A stretch of DNA of 64,000 nucleotides from an uncultured Bacteroidota bacterium (GTDB lineage: Bacteria > Bacteroidota > Bacteroidia > Bacteroidales > WCHB1-69). Shown in pieces: positions 28,051 to 38,501 of the stretch. Made by a program: the position numbers and the translations under genes. The stretch covers positions 2,820 through 66,819 of the forward strand of contig CADBQG010000070.1 of assembly GCA_902796805.1 (NCBI GenBank), read 5' to 3'. Under the pieces are notes generated by a model. That model did not search any database, was not told where the DNA came from, and saw only the letters and a program-made list of their open reading frames with translations. How positions within the stretch are numbered: position 1 is the stretch's first letter; the number at the start of each line of letters is the position of its first letter.

Positions 28051-29853
28051 ATGGATGCAAACACCTCCCTTGAAATTCAAATTATGAACATTCAAATCAA
28101 AACAAAGATGATGAATAGAATCATTGCTTTATCAGTTTTAACGCTGATTTCAATCAGAGCTTTCGCGCAGTGGGTATCACCGTCGGAAAGCCGCAGTTTC
28201 ACGCTGTCGTACTTGAGCGAGGCCGCTCCTGAGGTGGTTGAGAAAATCGGCTCTACTTTTATAGTAAAGCAGGACATCACCATTTCCTCCACTGACACGC
28301 TGCTTTTTGCAAGTTCCGACTCGTGCGTGAATGTGTATCCGGAAGTGAAGATTGAAATTATTGGAACATTGTTCTCGGAAGAAAGAGCAACACCTTTTAA
28401 GATGTTCGGACTCACAACTCCGGAAGACGAATACTTTGAGGTCAGGTTTGACTCTTCGGCAGGCAGTGTGATGAAAAAAGTGGATATTGAAAACTGCAGG
28501 CGCATTTTTTTGATAAACAGTGATGTGAGGTTCTCAGAATGCGAGTTCCACGGCTTCTCAAGCCATGTGATAAGCTATATGAACTGCAGTCCTGCAATAG
28601 AGCATTGCAACTTTCATGACAATGCGGCTTGTGCAATCCAGTCGGCTATAAACACGGAGGGGAGCCCGAAGATATTGTATAACAGAATGTATAACAATGT
28701 CTTGGCAAACACAAACAATCCACAGATAAACATCGGGCCTTCTGCAAACGACACGGTTCTGATAGTCGGGAATACTATAGAAGGACTTGCCAGCACCATG
28801 TCGGGCGGCATTGGAATATCAAACCTCTACAATCCTAATACAACGCTTGTTGTGGTCAGGGACAATATTGTGAAGTGCAACCGCTACGGTTTCACGCAGA
28901 ACGGTTACAGGATTTCCTCATGGATAACCGACAACCAGTTCATATACAATAATCTGGAGGTTAATCCCAATAACGGTGGCAGTGGAATAAGCATATTCGG
29001 CTACGACGCCACATGTGCCTCTACAATACGCAGAAACCTGATCACCGGCAATTTATGGGGCATTACGGCCATCTATTACAGCAATATCGACCTTGGAACT
29101 GAGGACGACCCCGGCCGCAACTTGATTTACGACAATGCCAACAGCGGCGTTGAATACGCCCTTTTCAACAATTCTAATTCCGACATTGAAGCAGTGGGCA
29201 ACTACTGGGGTTACGACAATGCTTCTGATGTGGAGAATGTCATCTACCATCAGGCCGACTCGAATATCTACGGTCTTGTGAACTATTTGCCTTTCAACGT
29301 TATAACTCCTGAAATAACGTCATTTTCTTTCAAGGCGGCCGACAACTCCTCCATTTCACAGGATGCATACGGTGAGTTTTTATATTCCGCAAACTATGAC
29401 ACGATATACGTGCAGGTGAATTGCAGTTCAGATCAGGGCTGTACATATCTCAGACCTGAAATCACGGCTCCTGCAGGTGTCATGGTCTCGCCTTCCTCAG
29501 GTGAGCTGGTTAACTTTGCGAGTCCGGTGGTTTTTACCGCGACGACGCCCCATCAGACATCAAAGGACTATGTTGTTGTTGTTGATTTCCGGACATCTGT
29601 TTTGGATGTCAGAAAGGATGGACTGATAGAAGTGTATCCAAATCCTGTTGCTGGCGGCTTTATCAACATTTACAACCGACAAGACTCTGAATACAGGTGT
29701 GAGATTGTGTGTCAGGACGGTCGTGTTGTTGGCGAGCACGAGGTTTTGCCAGGCATGAACAGGACTGCGGTGAATCATTTGGCACCAGGGTTGTATGTTT
29801 TGAGATTTTATACCCCCGAAGGCCTTTTTGAGAAAACGATAATCATTAAATAG
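28051..29853 (+). CDS. right-handed beta-helix repeat protein with T9SS type-A CTD
   Basis: Repeated N-x-I/V-x-G-N segments (parallel beta-helix). The C-terminus is VYPNPVAGGFINIY...GLYVLRFYTPEGLFEKTIIIK. The best signal peptide (MMNRIIALSVLTLISIRAFAQ) begins at 28108, so the true start may be 28084 or 28108. Confidence 0.8.
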   Translation: MDANTSLEIQIMNIQIKTKMMNRIIALSVLTLISIRAFAQWVSPSESRSFTLSYLSEAAPEVVEKIGSTFIVKQDITISSTDTLLFASSDSCVNVYPEVKIEIIGTLFSEERATPFKMFGLTTPEDEYFEVRFDSSAGSVMKKVDIENCRRIFLINSDVRFSECEFHGFSSHVISYMNCSPAIEHCNFHDNAACAIQSAINTEGSPKILYNRMYNNVLANTNNPQINIGPSANDTVLIVGNTIEGLASTMSGGIGISNLYNPNTTLVVVRDNIVKCNRYGFTQNGYRISSWITDNQFIYNNLEVNPNNGGSGISIFGYDATCASTIRRNLITGNLWGITAIYYSNIDLGTEDDPGRNLIYDNANSGVEYALFNNSNSDIEAVGNYWGYDNASDVENVIYHQADSNIYGLVNYLPFNVITPEITSFSFKAADNSSISQDAYGEFLYSANYDTIYVQVNCSSDQGCTYLRPEITAPAGVMVSPSSGELVNFASPVVFTATTPHQTSKDYVVVVDFRTSVLDVRKDGLIEVYPNPVAGGFINIYNRQDSEYRCEIVCQDGRVVGEHEVLPGMNRTAVNHLAPGLYVLRFYTPEGLFEKTIIIK

Positions 29854-29859
29854 GGTGTT

Positions 29860-31986
29860 ATGAAGCGGTTACTGGCAGTTACTTCATTTTTACTTTCATT
29901 TGCGGCTGCATTTTCCCAAGGTGATTTCCGAAACGCAAGTCTTTCGGCCGAAGAGCGTGCCGAGATCCTGTTGAGTCAGCTCACATTGGACGAGAAGCTT
30001 GGTTTTCTTGAGCACGCCAATCCCGCCGTGGAGAGGCTGGGAATTCCCGCGTACAGCTGGTGGAACGAGGCCTTGCACGGGGTTGCGCGCAACGGCATCG
30101 CAACGGTGTATCCAATGCCAATCGCCCTCGCCGCGACTTTCGACGACCGCGCGGTGCAGAGGATGTTCTCGATGGTGGCCGACGAAGCCCGTATGAAATA
30201 TTACGAATCACAACAAAGCCTCCGCTACGGCGACAACACCGGACTGACCTTCTTTGCGCCGAACATCAACATTTTCAGGGATCCGCGTTGGGGCAGGGGA
30301 ATGGAGACTTACGGAGAAGACCCCTATCTCACCGCCATGATGGGAACTGCCTGTGTGAACGGACTTCAGCAGAAGCACGATGGGAGATACAAGGCGCTGG
30401 CGTGCCTCAAGCACTTTGCTGTCCATAGCGGCCCCGAGTCAACCAGGCACTCGTTCAACGCCGTTGTGAACGAGCGCGACCTCTGGTCAACATATCTTCC
30501 CGCTTTCAGGCGCATAGTAACGAACTCTGATGTGGCCATGGTGATGTGCGGATACAACAGGCTCAACGGAAGCCCGTGCTGCACTAACGACGCCATCCTG
30601 GTTGACATACTCAAGAACCGCTGGGGTTATGACGGACTCTTCGTTACCGACTGTTGGGCGCTGAACGACTGTTGGGAGCCGGACACGGTTATTCTGCGCC
30701 ACAGGACGCACGAATCCGCCGCCCACGCCGCCGCCGCCGCTTTCGGCTCGGTTGTGGACTTGGAATGCGGAAGCGGCTTAAACGCCCTGAAAGAGGCAGT
30801 TGCCGCAAACCTCATCAGTGTCGAAGACATCAACCTGCATGTATTCAAAATACTGAAGGCCAGATTCCAGCTTGGCATGTTTGACCCTGTGCAGCCGTTC
30901 AACAAGAGACTGGACAACGCAGTTTTCGACAGCATGGCACTCGATATGTCCAGAAAAAGCATTGTCATGCTTAAAAACAACGGAATCCTTCCCCTTGACC
31001 CGTCAAAATACAAGAACATTGCAGTCGTTGGGCCAAATGCTGCCGACTCGGTGATGCTTTCAGGAAATTACAATGGAACACCAAGAAATACTGTGACAAT
31101 CCTCGAGGGCATAACCCGGCATGTGAATGCGCTGCCCAAAAACTCACGGCCGGACATCTTTTTCGACACCGCATGTCATCATGCCGATTGGAAATATGAG
31201 CTTCCGAAGGATTTTTTCAGAAAGATTGAGAAATCCGACATTGTCGTTTTTGTGGGCGGTCTCACCCCGGAACTCGAGGGCGAGCAGCTTGAAGTGGAGG
31301 CCGAGGGTTTCCTTGGCGGCGACAGGACGTCGATAGAGTTGCCGGCAGTACAGCGAAAGCTGCTGGAAAAAATCAGGGTGATGGGGAAGCCCGTGGTTCT
31401 CGTCCTCTGCTCTGGCGGAGCCTTGGCGTTGGACTGGGAGGATGAGAACACCGACGCCATCCTCGAGGCCTGGTATGGCGGGCAGGCCGCCGGCACCGCA
31501 GTTGCCGACGTGCTGTTCGGGAAGGTTAATCCAGCCGGGAGACTTCCCGTGACGTTTTACAGTTCAAGAAACAAACTTCCTCCTTTCGACGATTATTCGA
31601 TGGAAAACCGAACTTACAGGTATCTCAAGGAAAAACCGTTGTATCCCTTCGGACACGGCCTGAGTTATTCCCATTTTGACTATTATGGAGGAAAGTTCGA
31701 CCCCAAGACACAGACGCTCAAGTTCATGGTTGGGAACACCGGTGGTCTTGACGGTGATGAGGTCGTACAAGTCTATGTAACAAACAAAGACGACACCAAA
31801 GGACCGGTGAAGACGCTGGCGGGTTTCAAGCGTCTCCATCTCCGCAAAGGCGAGACTACAGGTCTATCGTTCAAAATCGATGATGAGTTTTTCGAGGTGT
31901 TTGATGAAGAAACCGCGCAATTCAGGAGAGTTCCTGCCACGTTTGTCATAGAATATGGCAACAACGTGATAGAGATAGATATGTAA
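29860..31986 (+). CDS. glycoside hydrolase family 3 (beta-glucosidase/beta-xylosidase type)
   Basis: Signal peptide; WWNEALHGV, KHFAVHSGPE, GLFVTDCWA (nucleophile Asp region) and a C-terminal FnIII-like domain. Confidence 0.85.
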   Translation: MKRLLAVTSFLLSFAAAFSQGDFRNASLSAEERAEILLSQLTLDEKLGFLEHANPAVERLGIPAYSWWNEALHGVARNGIATVYPMPIALAATFDDRAVQRMFSMVADEARMKYYESQQSLRYGDNTGLTFFAPNINIFRDPRWGRGMETYGEDPYLTAMMGTACVNGLQQKHDGRYKALACLKHFAVHSGPESTRHSFNAVVNERDLWSTYLPAFRRIVTNSDVAMVMCGYNRLNGSPCCTNDAILVDILKNRWGYDGLFVTDCWALNDCWEPDTVILRHRTHESAAHAAAAAFGSVVDLECGSGLNALKEAVAANLISVEDINLHVFKILKARFQLGMFDPVQPFNKRLDNAVFDSMALDMSRKSIVMLKNNGILPLDPSKYKNIAVVGPNAADSVMLSGNYNGTPRNTVTILEGITRHVNALPKNSRPDIFFDTACHHADWKYELPKDFFRKIEKSDIVVFVGGLTPELEGEQLEVEAEGFLGGDRTSIELPAVQRKLLEKIRVMGKPVVLVLCSGGALALDWEDENTDAILEAWYGGQAAGTAVADVLFGKVNPAGRLPVTFYSSRNKLPPFDDYSMENRTYRYLKEKPLYPFGHGLSYSHFDYYGGKFDPKTQTLKFMVGNTGGLDGDEVVQVYVTNKDDTKGPVKTLAGFKRLHLRKGETTGLSFKIDDEFFEVFDEETAQFRRVPATFVIEYGNNVIEIDM

Positions 31987-31996
31987 AGAGCTTCAA

Positions 31997-34114
31997 TCAG
32001 CTGATTACGCTCCAGTCGGTGTCTTTTTGCATCTGCTTTGCCAGGGTTTCGGCAATGCGCCGGTGCTCAGGAAGCGAAAGCCCGGGGTCTTTCTCAAGTA
32101 TCTGCTGCGCCAGGTTGCGGGTGTACACAACGAGTTTTTCGTCTTTGGCGAGGTCTGCGATCTTGAAGTCGAGCATCCCGCTCTGACGGGTGCCCTGAAG
32201 GTCGCCGGGACCGCGAAGCCTGAGGTCAAAGTTGGCTATCTCGAAGCCGTCGTTGGTCTCCACCATTGCATCGAGCCTTTTCCGACCTTCCGTTGAGATT
32301 TCGTATTTCGACATCAAGATGCAATATGACTGTTCGGCGCCTCGTCCTACCCTGCCGCGAAGCTGGTGAAGCTGCGAAAGCCCGAACCTCTCGGCGTTCT
32401 CTATCACCATCACTGAAGCATTCGGCACGTCTATGCCGACCTCTATCACGGTTGTTGAAAGCAGAATCTGTATCTCGCCATTCTTGAATCTGCTCATCGT
32501 GAAGTCCTTGTCCTCGTTCTTCTGTTTCCCGTGGACCATCGCCACGCTGTAGGCCGGGCTGGGGAACGACTGCGTTATTGCGTCGAAGCCGGCCTGAAGG
32601 TCCAGCAGGTCGAGCGACTCCGACTCCTGTATCAGAGGATAGACCACGTATATCTGTCGCCCGAGGTCGATTTGCTGTTTCATGAATCCAAGCACCTTGA
32701 GTCTGTCTTTTTCATAGAAGTGCCTGGTTATTATGGGTTTCCTTCCTTTGGGAAGTTCGTCAATCACAGAAACGTCGAGGTCGCCGTAGAGGGTCATGGC
32801 AAGGGTTCTGGGTATGGGTGTGGCCGTCATGACCAGGATATGGGGCGGGGTGGTGCTTTTTCGCCATAGCTTCGCCCGCTGCTCCACGCCGAAGCGGTGC
32901 TGTTCGTCGATGACCACGATGCCGAGATTCTTGAAGACCACAGGGTCTTCTATGAGTGCGTGCGTTCCTATGAGGATGTCGATTTCGCCATCTTTCAGGG
33001 CGGCGAGGATTTTTTTGCGCGCGGCGGCTTTTGTTGAGCCCGACAGAAACTCCACGCGGAGGTTCAGCGGAGCCAGCTGGCGGCTGATTTTCTCGAAGTG
33101 CTGCGTTGCCAAGATTTCTGTTGGCGCCATCATGCAGGCTTGGAAGCCGTTGTCGTTGGCCAGCAACATGCTGAACAGCGCTATCACGGTTTTCCCGCTG
33201 CCCACGTCGCCTTGAAGCAGTCTGTTCATCTGCCGCCCGCCGCCCACGTCGGCGCGTATCTCGCGCAAAACCCTCTTCTGGGCGCCGGTCAGGTCGAACG
33301 GAAGGCACTCCCTGTAAAACCTGTTGAACTTGTCGCCAACGTGCGCGAATACATGGCCCTTGAACTTGTTAGTGTTGATGAGTTTCATCTTCAGCAGCCG
33401 CATTTGCGTGAAGAAAAGCTCGTCGAACTTAAGCCGCAGGTTGGCCTTCGAGAGTTTGAGGTTGTCTTCTGGGAAGTGGATGTTGACAAGAGCTACGCGC
33501 AAGGGAAGGAGGTTGAGGTCTTTCACCATCTCCAAGGGCAGGGTTTCCGGGATGTTGTCTTTGACAGCTGTGAGCAAGTTGACCATCAGTCGAGAAACCG
33601 CTTTCGAGTCAAGAGATTTCTTCTTTGCAGTTTCAGAGGTGTTATACAAAGGCTGGAATCTCAGCGAGACGGGTGAGTCCTGCTGCTGGCTGGGGTCTAT
33701 GAGCTCGGGGTGAGTCATATTCCATCTGTTGTTGAAAAGCGTCGGCTTTCCGAATATCACGAACTCGTGCCTTGACCTGAGCGTGTCTTCAACCCATTTC
33801 AGTCCGTTGAACCAGACAAGATCCAGTGTGCCGGTGTCGTCGCTGAACGTTGCCGTGAGGCGTCGCGCCCTGTTCTGCCCTGCAAAGCGCAAGTTGCCAA
33901 TCGTGCCGCGGAGCAAGATGTAGCCGCCGTCGCTCACGATGTCGCTCACTTTGTACACATGCGATTTGTCGATATGCCTGTATGGAAAGTAGTACAGAAG
34001 GTCCCGGAAAGTGTTAATTCCGAACTCCTTGCGAAGCACCGCCCCGCGCTTGTCCCCAACCCCCTTCAAAAACTCGATTGGTGTCCCAAGATAGTCAACA
34101 GATTCATTGTTCAT
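31997..34114 (-). CDS. recG: ATP-dependent DNA helicase RecG
   Basis: Wedge domain followed by the helicase motifs GDVGSGKT, DEQHRFG, TATPIPRT and QLRGRVGRG. Confidence 0.93.
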   Translation of the reverse strand: MNNESVDYLGTPIEFLKGVGDKRGAVLRKEFGINTFRDLLYYFPYRHIDKSHVYKVSDIVSDGGYILLRGTIGNLRFAGQNRARRLTATFSDDTGTLDLVWFNGLKWVEDTLRSRHEFVIFGKPTLFNNRWNMTHPELIDPSQQQDSPVSLRFQPLYNTSETAKKKSLDSKAVSRLMVNLLTAVKDNIPETLPLEMVKDLNLLPLRVALVNIHFPEDNLKLSKANLRLKFDELFFTQMRLLKMKLINTNKFKGHVFAHVGDKFNRFYRECLPFDLTGAQKRVLREIRADVGGGRQMNRLLQGDVGSGKTVIALFSMLLANDNGFQACMMAPTEILATQHFEKISRQLAPLNLRVEFLSGSTKAAARKKILAALKDGEIDILIGTHALIEDPVVFKNLGIVVIDEQHRFGVEQRAKLWRKSTTPPHILVMTATPIPRTLAMTLYGDLDVSVIDELPKGRKPIITRHFYEKDRLKVLGFMKQQIDLGRQIYVVYPLIQESESLDLLDLQAGFDAITQSFPSPAYSVAMVHGKQKNEDKDFTMSRFKNGEIQILLSTTVIEVGIDVPNASVMVIENAERFGLSQLHQLRGRVGRGAEQSYCILMSKYEISTEGRKRLDAMVETNDGFEIANFDLRLRGPGDLQGTRQSGMLDFKIADLAKDEKLVVYTRNLAQQILEKDPGLSLPEHRRIAETLAKQMQKDTDWSVIS

Positions 34115-34135
34115 GGTTTCTTTTTTTAGTCAGTG

Positions 34136-34516
34136 TCAATATTTTTTCTTTAGAATTTCAGAATATATAACGCCCTTGTAGATTTCCTCTTCACTGAAAT
34201 CGAGAGGATTGCCTGCGCTATGGTCATCCACGGCGGTGTTGATTCCTTCTTCGCTGTTCTTGTCGAATTCCGCCTTGAAGTCGCGGTCGCTCATGGTTTC
34301 GTAGGAGAATGGCTGCGCGGCGCTGTCTTTCGTGATGTTTTCGCGTGCCGGCGCGGTGCGGACGGTATGCCGCTCATCCTCTTCAACTTCCAAGTGCTGC
34401 GGCCTGCCTTTCGGAACCGCCTGCTTTGCATTCTCGCTCTTCTGCTTGATGACCAACGAAATCACCGTCCAGCCGATTACGCCGACGAAAATGAGTATTT
34501 CAATCAAATCTTCCAT
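34136..34516 (-). CDS. hypothetical small membrane-anchored protein
   Basis: One N-terminal TM helix (ILIFVGVIGWTVISLVI) followed by an acidic tail. I recognise no family. Confidence 0.4.
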   Translation of the reverse strand: MEDLIEILIFVGVIGWTVISLVIKQKSENAKQAVPKGRPQHLEVEEDERHTVRTAPARENITKDSAAQPFSYETMSDRDFKAEFDKNSEEGINTAVDDHSAGNPLDFSEEEIYKGVIYSEILKKKY

Positions 34517-34519
34517 ATC

Positions 34520-35506
34520 TCAGTCTTTTATTTTCAAATTGTCGCTTAATTTCTTGTTCTCGCTCTTTGCCTTGGCGATGCTAACATTCAAGTCGTAGCA
34601 TATAAGGAATATGGAGGCGCTCCAGTTTATCCACAGAAGTATTGCGAAAAGTGCGCCCAATGAACCGTATATGATGTTGTAGTTCGAGAAGTTTGAGAAG
34701 TATATGTTTATTATCCACAGGAAAAGCACAAGAAGGATTGTGCATGTGGAGGATCCGGCTGAAAAGAACCTGTAGTTGCCTCTTTTCACGGGTGCAAGGT
34801 AATAGAAAATGCTTATGAGAAAATAGATGGAGGCATACACGAGGACCCACTTCAGGAAATGCACCATGAAAGAGTATAGCCTTGGATTGTTGATAAAAAG
34901 TGTGTCGATGTAGTCGATTGCAAATGAAGAGACGATGAACAGTACCGCCACGACTATTATTATCAGAAATGTCAGGAACATAAGTCTTACGCTCAACAGA
35001 ATCTGCTTCAAGATGTTGCGGTTCTCCTCGTTGAAGTAGGATGTGTTCATGGCCACCAATATGGCGTTGATGCACACCACGGTGAAATAGATGCCTATCA
35101 CGAGCATGAACGACGACAATGTTCCGTTTTGCCGCATCACAAGGTCGGTTATCATTCCCGAGACGGCAGGCCAGACGTATGGCGGCACAAGCGACTCGAG
35201 AAGCGAGATCAGCGCGTTCTGGAAGTTTGAGCCGAGGAATGCTATGGACGAGAAGAGTGCGATGACCATGGGAATCAGGGCCACGAAGATGCGGTACGTG
35301 ATTGCCGCCGCCCGCTGAAAAACCACCCCTTTGTTGAGCGATTGCGCGAAGAAACGGGCAACGTCGTAAACCGGCACTTTCTGCAGCCCAGGCAAGGTCG
35401 CCGTTTTCGACTTCCTGACCAATTTTCCCAAAAAGGGAACGCGTTCCAAGTCAGCGCTCCACTGACGGAACCTCACGCTCGCCAATCTGAAAAAATTCTT
35501 CAGCAT
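34520..35506 (-). CDS. YihY/virulence factor BrkB family membrane protein
   Basis: AAAITYRIFVALIPMVIAL motif and six predicted TM segments. Confidence 0.8.
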   Translation of the reverse strand: MLKNFFRLASVRFRQWSADLERVPFLGKLVRKSKTATLPGLQKVPVYDVARFFAQSLNKGVVFQRAAAITYRIFVALIPMVIALFSSIAFLGSNFQNALISLLESLVPPYVWPAVSGMITDLVMRQNGTLSSFMLVIGIYFTVVCINAILVAMNTSYFNEENRNILKQILLSVRLMFLTFLIIIVVAVLFIVSSFAIDYIDTLFINNPRLYSFMVHFLKWVLVYASIYFLISIFYYLAPVKRGNYRFFSAGSSTCTILLVLFLWIINIYFSNFSNYNIIYGSLGALFAILLWINWSASIFLICYDLNVSIAKAKSENKKLSDNLKIKD

Positions 35507-35523
35507 AGTGGACGGGAATCCTG

Positions 35524-36372
35524 TTAGTTAACGTATTTCAAACTCATGTCCAGAGACGAGATGTGGTGTGTGAAGGCACCCACGGATATGAAGTCAACGC
35601 CGGTGGCGGCGTAGTCGTGGAGAGTCTCCTTCACGATGCCGCCCGAGGCCTCGGTCTCAACCCTGCGGCCAACCATTCTCACACCCTCCACAATCTGTTC
35701 GGGGGTGAAGTTGTCGAACATTATGCGGTGCACGCCTCCGTGCTCCAGCACCCGCCTCACATCCTCAAGGTTTCTGCATTCAATCTCGATTTTTATGTCC
35801 AGATTGTTGTCTTTCAGATATTTGACAGCCAGATCTATGGCGTTTTCGATGCCTCCTGCGAAGTCGATGTGGTTGTCTTTCAGCATAATCATGTCGTAGA
35901 GTCCGAAGCGGTGGTTCTGGCCGCCGCCCACTGTGACGGCGTTTTTTTCGAAAACGCGCATGTTGGGGGTGGTTTTCCGGGTGTCGAGGAGAACGACGCC
36001 GGTACCCTTCACCAAGTCGGCGTATTGGCGTGTGGCGGTTGCGATTCCGCTCATGCGCTGCATGAAGTTGAGCAACGTGCGCTCGGCGGTGAGCATACTC
36101 CTGGCCGGCCCCTTCAGCATGAACGCGATGTCGCCGGGGCGTACCTCGGCGCCGTCGTGCAGAAACTGCTCCATCGCAATGCTTTCATCGACCTGGCGCA
36201 GCACTTCACGGGCGACGTCAACGCCTGCAAGCACTCCCTCCTGCTTTATCAGAAGTTTCATGCTGCCGGTTGCAGAGACCGGAATGCAGCATATCGACGA
36301 ATGGTCGCCGTCGCCGATGTCTTCCTGAAGCGCCAGCGCTACAAGTTTTTTCACTTCTTCGGTTATGTTCAT
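35524..36372 (-). CDS. nadC: nicotinate-nucleotide diphosphorylase (carboxylating)
   Basis: ALQEDIGDGDHSS N-terminal motif and LLDTRKTTPNMR, MLKDNH. I trimmed the start to ATG 36372, which forms an ATGA overlap with the stop of the upstream gene. The ORF-track 36441 start would overlap that gene by 73 nt. Confidence 0.88.
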   Translation of the reverse strand: MNITEEVKKLVALALQEDIGDGDHSSICCIPVSATGSMKLLIKQEGVLAGVDVAREVLRQVDESIAMEQFLHDGAEVRPGDIAFMLKGPARSMLTAERTLLNFMQRMSGIATATRQYADLVKGTGVVLLDTRKTTPNMRVFEKNAVTVGGGQNHRFGLYDMIMLKDNHIDFAGGIENAIDLAVKYLKDNNLDIKIEIECRNLEDVRRVLEHGGVHRIMFDNFTPEQIVEGVRMVGRRVETEASGGIVKETLHDYAATGVDFISVGAFTHHISSLDMSLKYVN

Positions 36373-36878
36373 TTCCTTATCTTTAATTCGGGTGTTACTA
36401 TGGTGTCGCTGTGGTGCAGCGCCCTGTCGACGATGTAGCATGAGAGGCGCACAGTGTCGTGGGCAGAGTAGGGGTTGTTGATGAAAGTCCTTATGGTGAG
36501 TTTTCCCTCGATAGATTCGGGCACGCTGCTGCTTAGGTGCGGTATGCGGGCATGCAGCGGGGTGGGCGGCTCAATCTTCACCCACTCGCCGTTCTGCTTT
36601 TCATACAGGTTTATGAAAAAGTTGTAATAGTACGGTGAATCTTTGGCGAATGCGGGATCCTTGTCGGTTTCGTCCAGCCCAATGTCGCCGTCGCCGTCCT
36701 GGAAGCGGATGATGAGGTCGGCCTGGCTGTCGAGGCCGGTTCCGTCGGAGACCTTCTCCAACGCCACGAACTCTATGTGCGGTGTTGTGGAGAATTTCTC
36801 CTTGTTTCCGCACGAGACGGCAAACAGGGCAATCACAACCGCCGGCAGCCATATTGAAACTTTTTTCTTTCCTCGCAT
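36369..36878 (-). CDS. hypothetical lipoprotein
   Basis: Signal peptide with lipobox (ALFAVSC). I recognise no family. Confidence 0.5.
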   Translation of the reverse strand: MRGKKKVSIWLPAVVIALFAVSCGNKEKFSTTPHIEFVALEKVSDGTGLDSQADLIIRFQDGDGDIGLDETDKDPAFAKDSPYYYNFFINLYEKQNGEWVKIEPPTPLHARIPHLSSSVPESIEGKLTIRTFINNPYSAHDTVRLSCYIVDRALHHSDTIVTPELKIRK

Positions 36879-36902
36879 AAAGTCATTTCTTCATACAAAC
36901 TG

Positions 36903-36910
36903 CAAAGATA
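36903..36910 (-). promoter_or_regulatory. -7 promoter box TATCTTTG for the lipoprotein-nadC-yihY-hyp-recG chain
   Basis: caaagata lies 25 nt upstream of ATG 36878. The five downstream minus-strand genes are separated by gaps of 21 nt or less. Confidence 0.55.
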
Positions 36911-37106
36911 ACAAAAATCGCCAAGTATCACAAAATATCCTTAATAAATTTAAAGCCGCGCCCCGTATGTTTCTTTTTTCATTACTTTTGCACTCTTGAA
37001 TCACTTCAAAGACTATTGCAAATTCAATATTAATGAAAAGATCAAAGAGCCTGAAAACAAAAAACAGGCGAATAAACAAATAAACGAATAAACAAAAAAC
37101 AAAGAT

Positions 37107-38501
37107 ATGAATCCACTATTTGAAAGAAGTGTTTATGTAAGCCGCCGCGACAGGCTTGCCGAGGCCGTGGGCCACGGAATTGCAGTCTTCTTGGGAAACC
37201 ATGAGGCTCCTATGAATTATCCCGACAACACCTATAATTTCCGTCAGGACAGCGACTTCCTCTATTTCTTCGGTCTTTCGGTTGCAGACATAGCGGCAGT
37301 AATAGACTTTGACGCGCGGAAATCGATGATTTTCGGCAACGATTTCGGCATTGACGATGTCATCTGGATGGGCGATCAGCCCACAGTGGCCTCTTTGGCC
37401 GAAAAGGTGGGTGTTTCAGAGACACATCCCTTCGCCATGCTTGCCGACTTCATACAGCAGGCACGGCAGCAGGGAAGAAAGGTGCATTTCACGCCGCCCT
37501 ACCGCGGCGACAACCAGATTCTCCTGGCAAACCTCACCGGCATAAACGTCAACACAATCCGCGATGAGGTCTCTTTGGAACTTATAAAAGGCATTGTGAC
37601 CCTGCGTTCTGCAAAGGAGCAATGCGAGATCGACGAGATGGACAAGGCCTGTGAAATCGGCGTCAGGATGCACACCGCGGTCATGCGCCGCTGCCACGAG
37701 GGCGAATCGGAGAGGGAACTCGCAGGACTTGCCGAGGGCATAGCGCTCTCTTTCGGAAACGGAATATCGTTTCCAGTTATTCTTTCCCAGCACGGCGAAA
37801 CATTGCACAATCACGCCCATGACGGCATTCTGAAAGCAGGCAATATGCTTCTGATGGACGCAGGTGCCGAAGGCCTGATGAACTACTGCTCTGACTACAC
37901 CCGTACAATGCCTGTGAACGGAAAATTTACCACTAAGCAACAGGAAATATACGAGATTGTCCTCAAGGCCAACCTCGACGCCATAGATGCCGCTCGCCCT
38001 GGACTCTACAACAAGGAACTCCACCGCCTCTCGTGCGAGGTCATCGCCCAGGGGCTCAAGGACCTCGGACTTATGAAGGGCGATGTTAAGGAAGCTGTAG
38101 AACTTGGGGCCCACGCGCTGTTCATGGTCCATGGATTAGGACATCAGATTGGCCTCGACGTCCACGACATGGAGGGTCTCGGCCAGATTCATGTAGGTTA
38201 CGACGAGACGGTGCGCCCGAGCAAGATATTCGGCTGGGCGTCGCTGCGCATGGCGCGCGAACTGAAACCCGGTTTCGTGGTCTCCATTGAACCCGGCATC
38301 TACTTCATCCCGCATCTCATCGACATCTGGAAGAAGGAAAGGAAATTCGAGAGCTTTATAAACTACGATGTTGTGGACAAATACCGCGACTTCGGCGGAA
38401 TACGCATCGAAGACGACCTTCTCATCACCGAGACGGGACACCGCGTGCTTGGGCCGCACCTCCCGAAAACTGTCGGCGAGCTTGCTGAAATAATAGGTTA
38501 A
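37107..38501 (+). CDS. Xaa-Pro aminopeptidase (M24B family)
   Basis: Metal-ligand context LMDAGAE, HGLGHQIGLDVHD, SIEPGIY and IRIEDD. Confidence 0.85.
   Translation: MNPLFERSVYVSRRDRLAEAVGHGIAVFLGNHEAPMNYPDNTYNFRQDSDFLYFFGLSVADIAAVIDFDARKSMIFGNDFGIDDVIWMGDQPTVASLAEKVGVSETHPFAMLADFIQQARQQGRKVHFTPPYRGDNQILLANLTGINVNTIRDEVSLELIKGIVTLRSAKEQCEIDEMDKACEIGVRMHTAVMRRCHEGESERELAGLAEGIALSFGNGISFPVILSQHGETLHNHAHDGILKAGNMLLMDAGAEGLMNYCSDYTRTMPVNGKFTTKQQEIYEIVLKANLDAIDAARPGLYNKELHRLSCEVIAQGLKDLGLMKGDVKEAVELGAHALFMVHGLGHQIGLDVHDMEGLGQIHVGYDETVRPSKIFGWASLRMARELKPGFVVSIEPGIYFIPHLIDIWKKERKFESFINYDVVDKYRDFGGIRIEDDLLITETGHRVLGPHLPKTVGELAEIIG

Noticed and set aside
35563-36438. 291-aa plus-strand ORF opposite nadC.
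   Set aside because: It is antisense to nadC, has no motifs, and has the same shadow-ORF composition.
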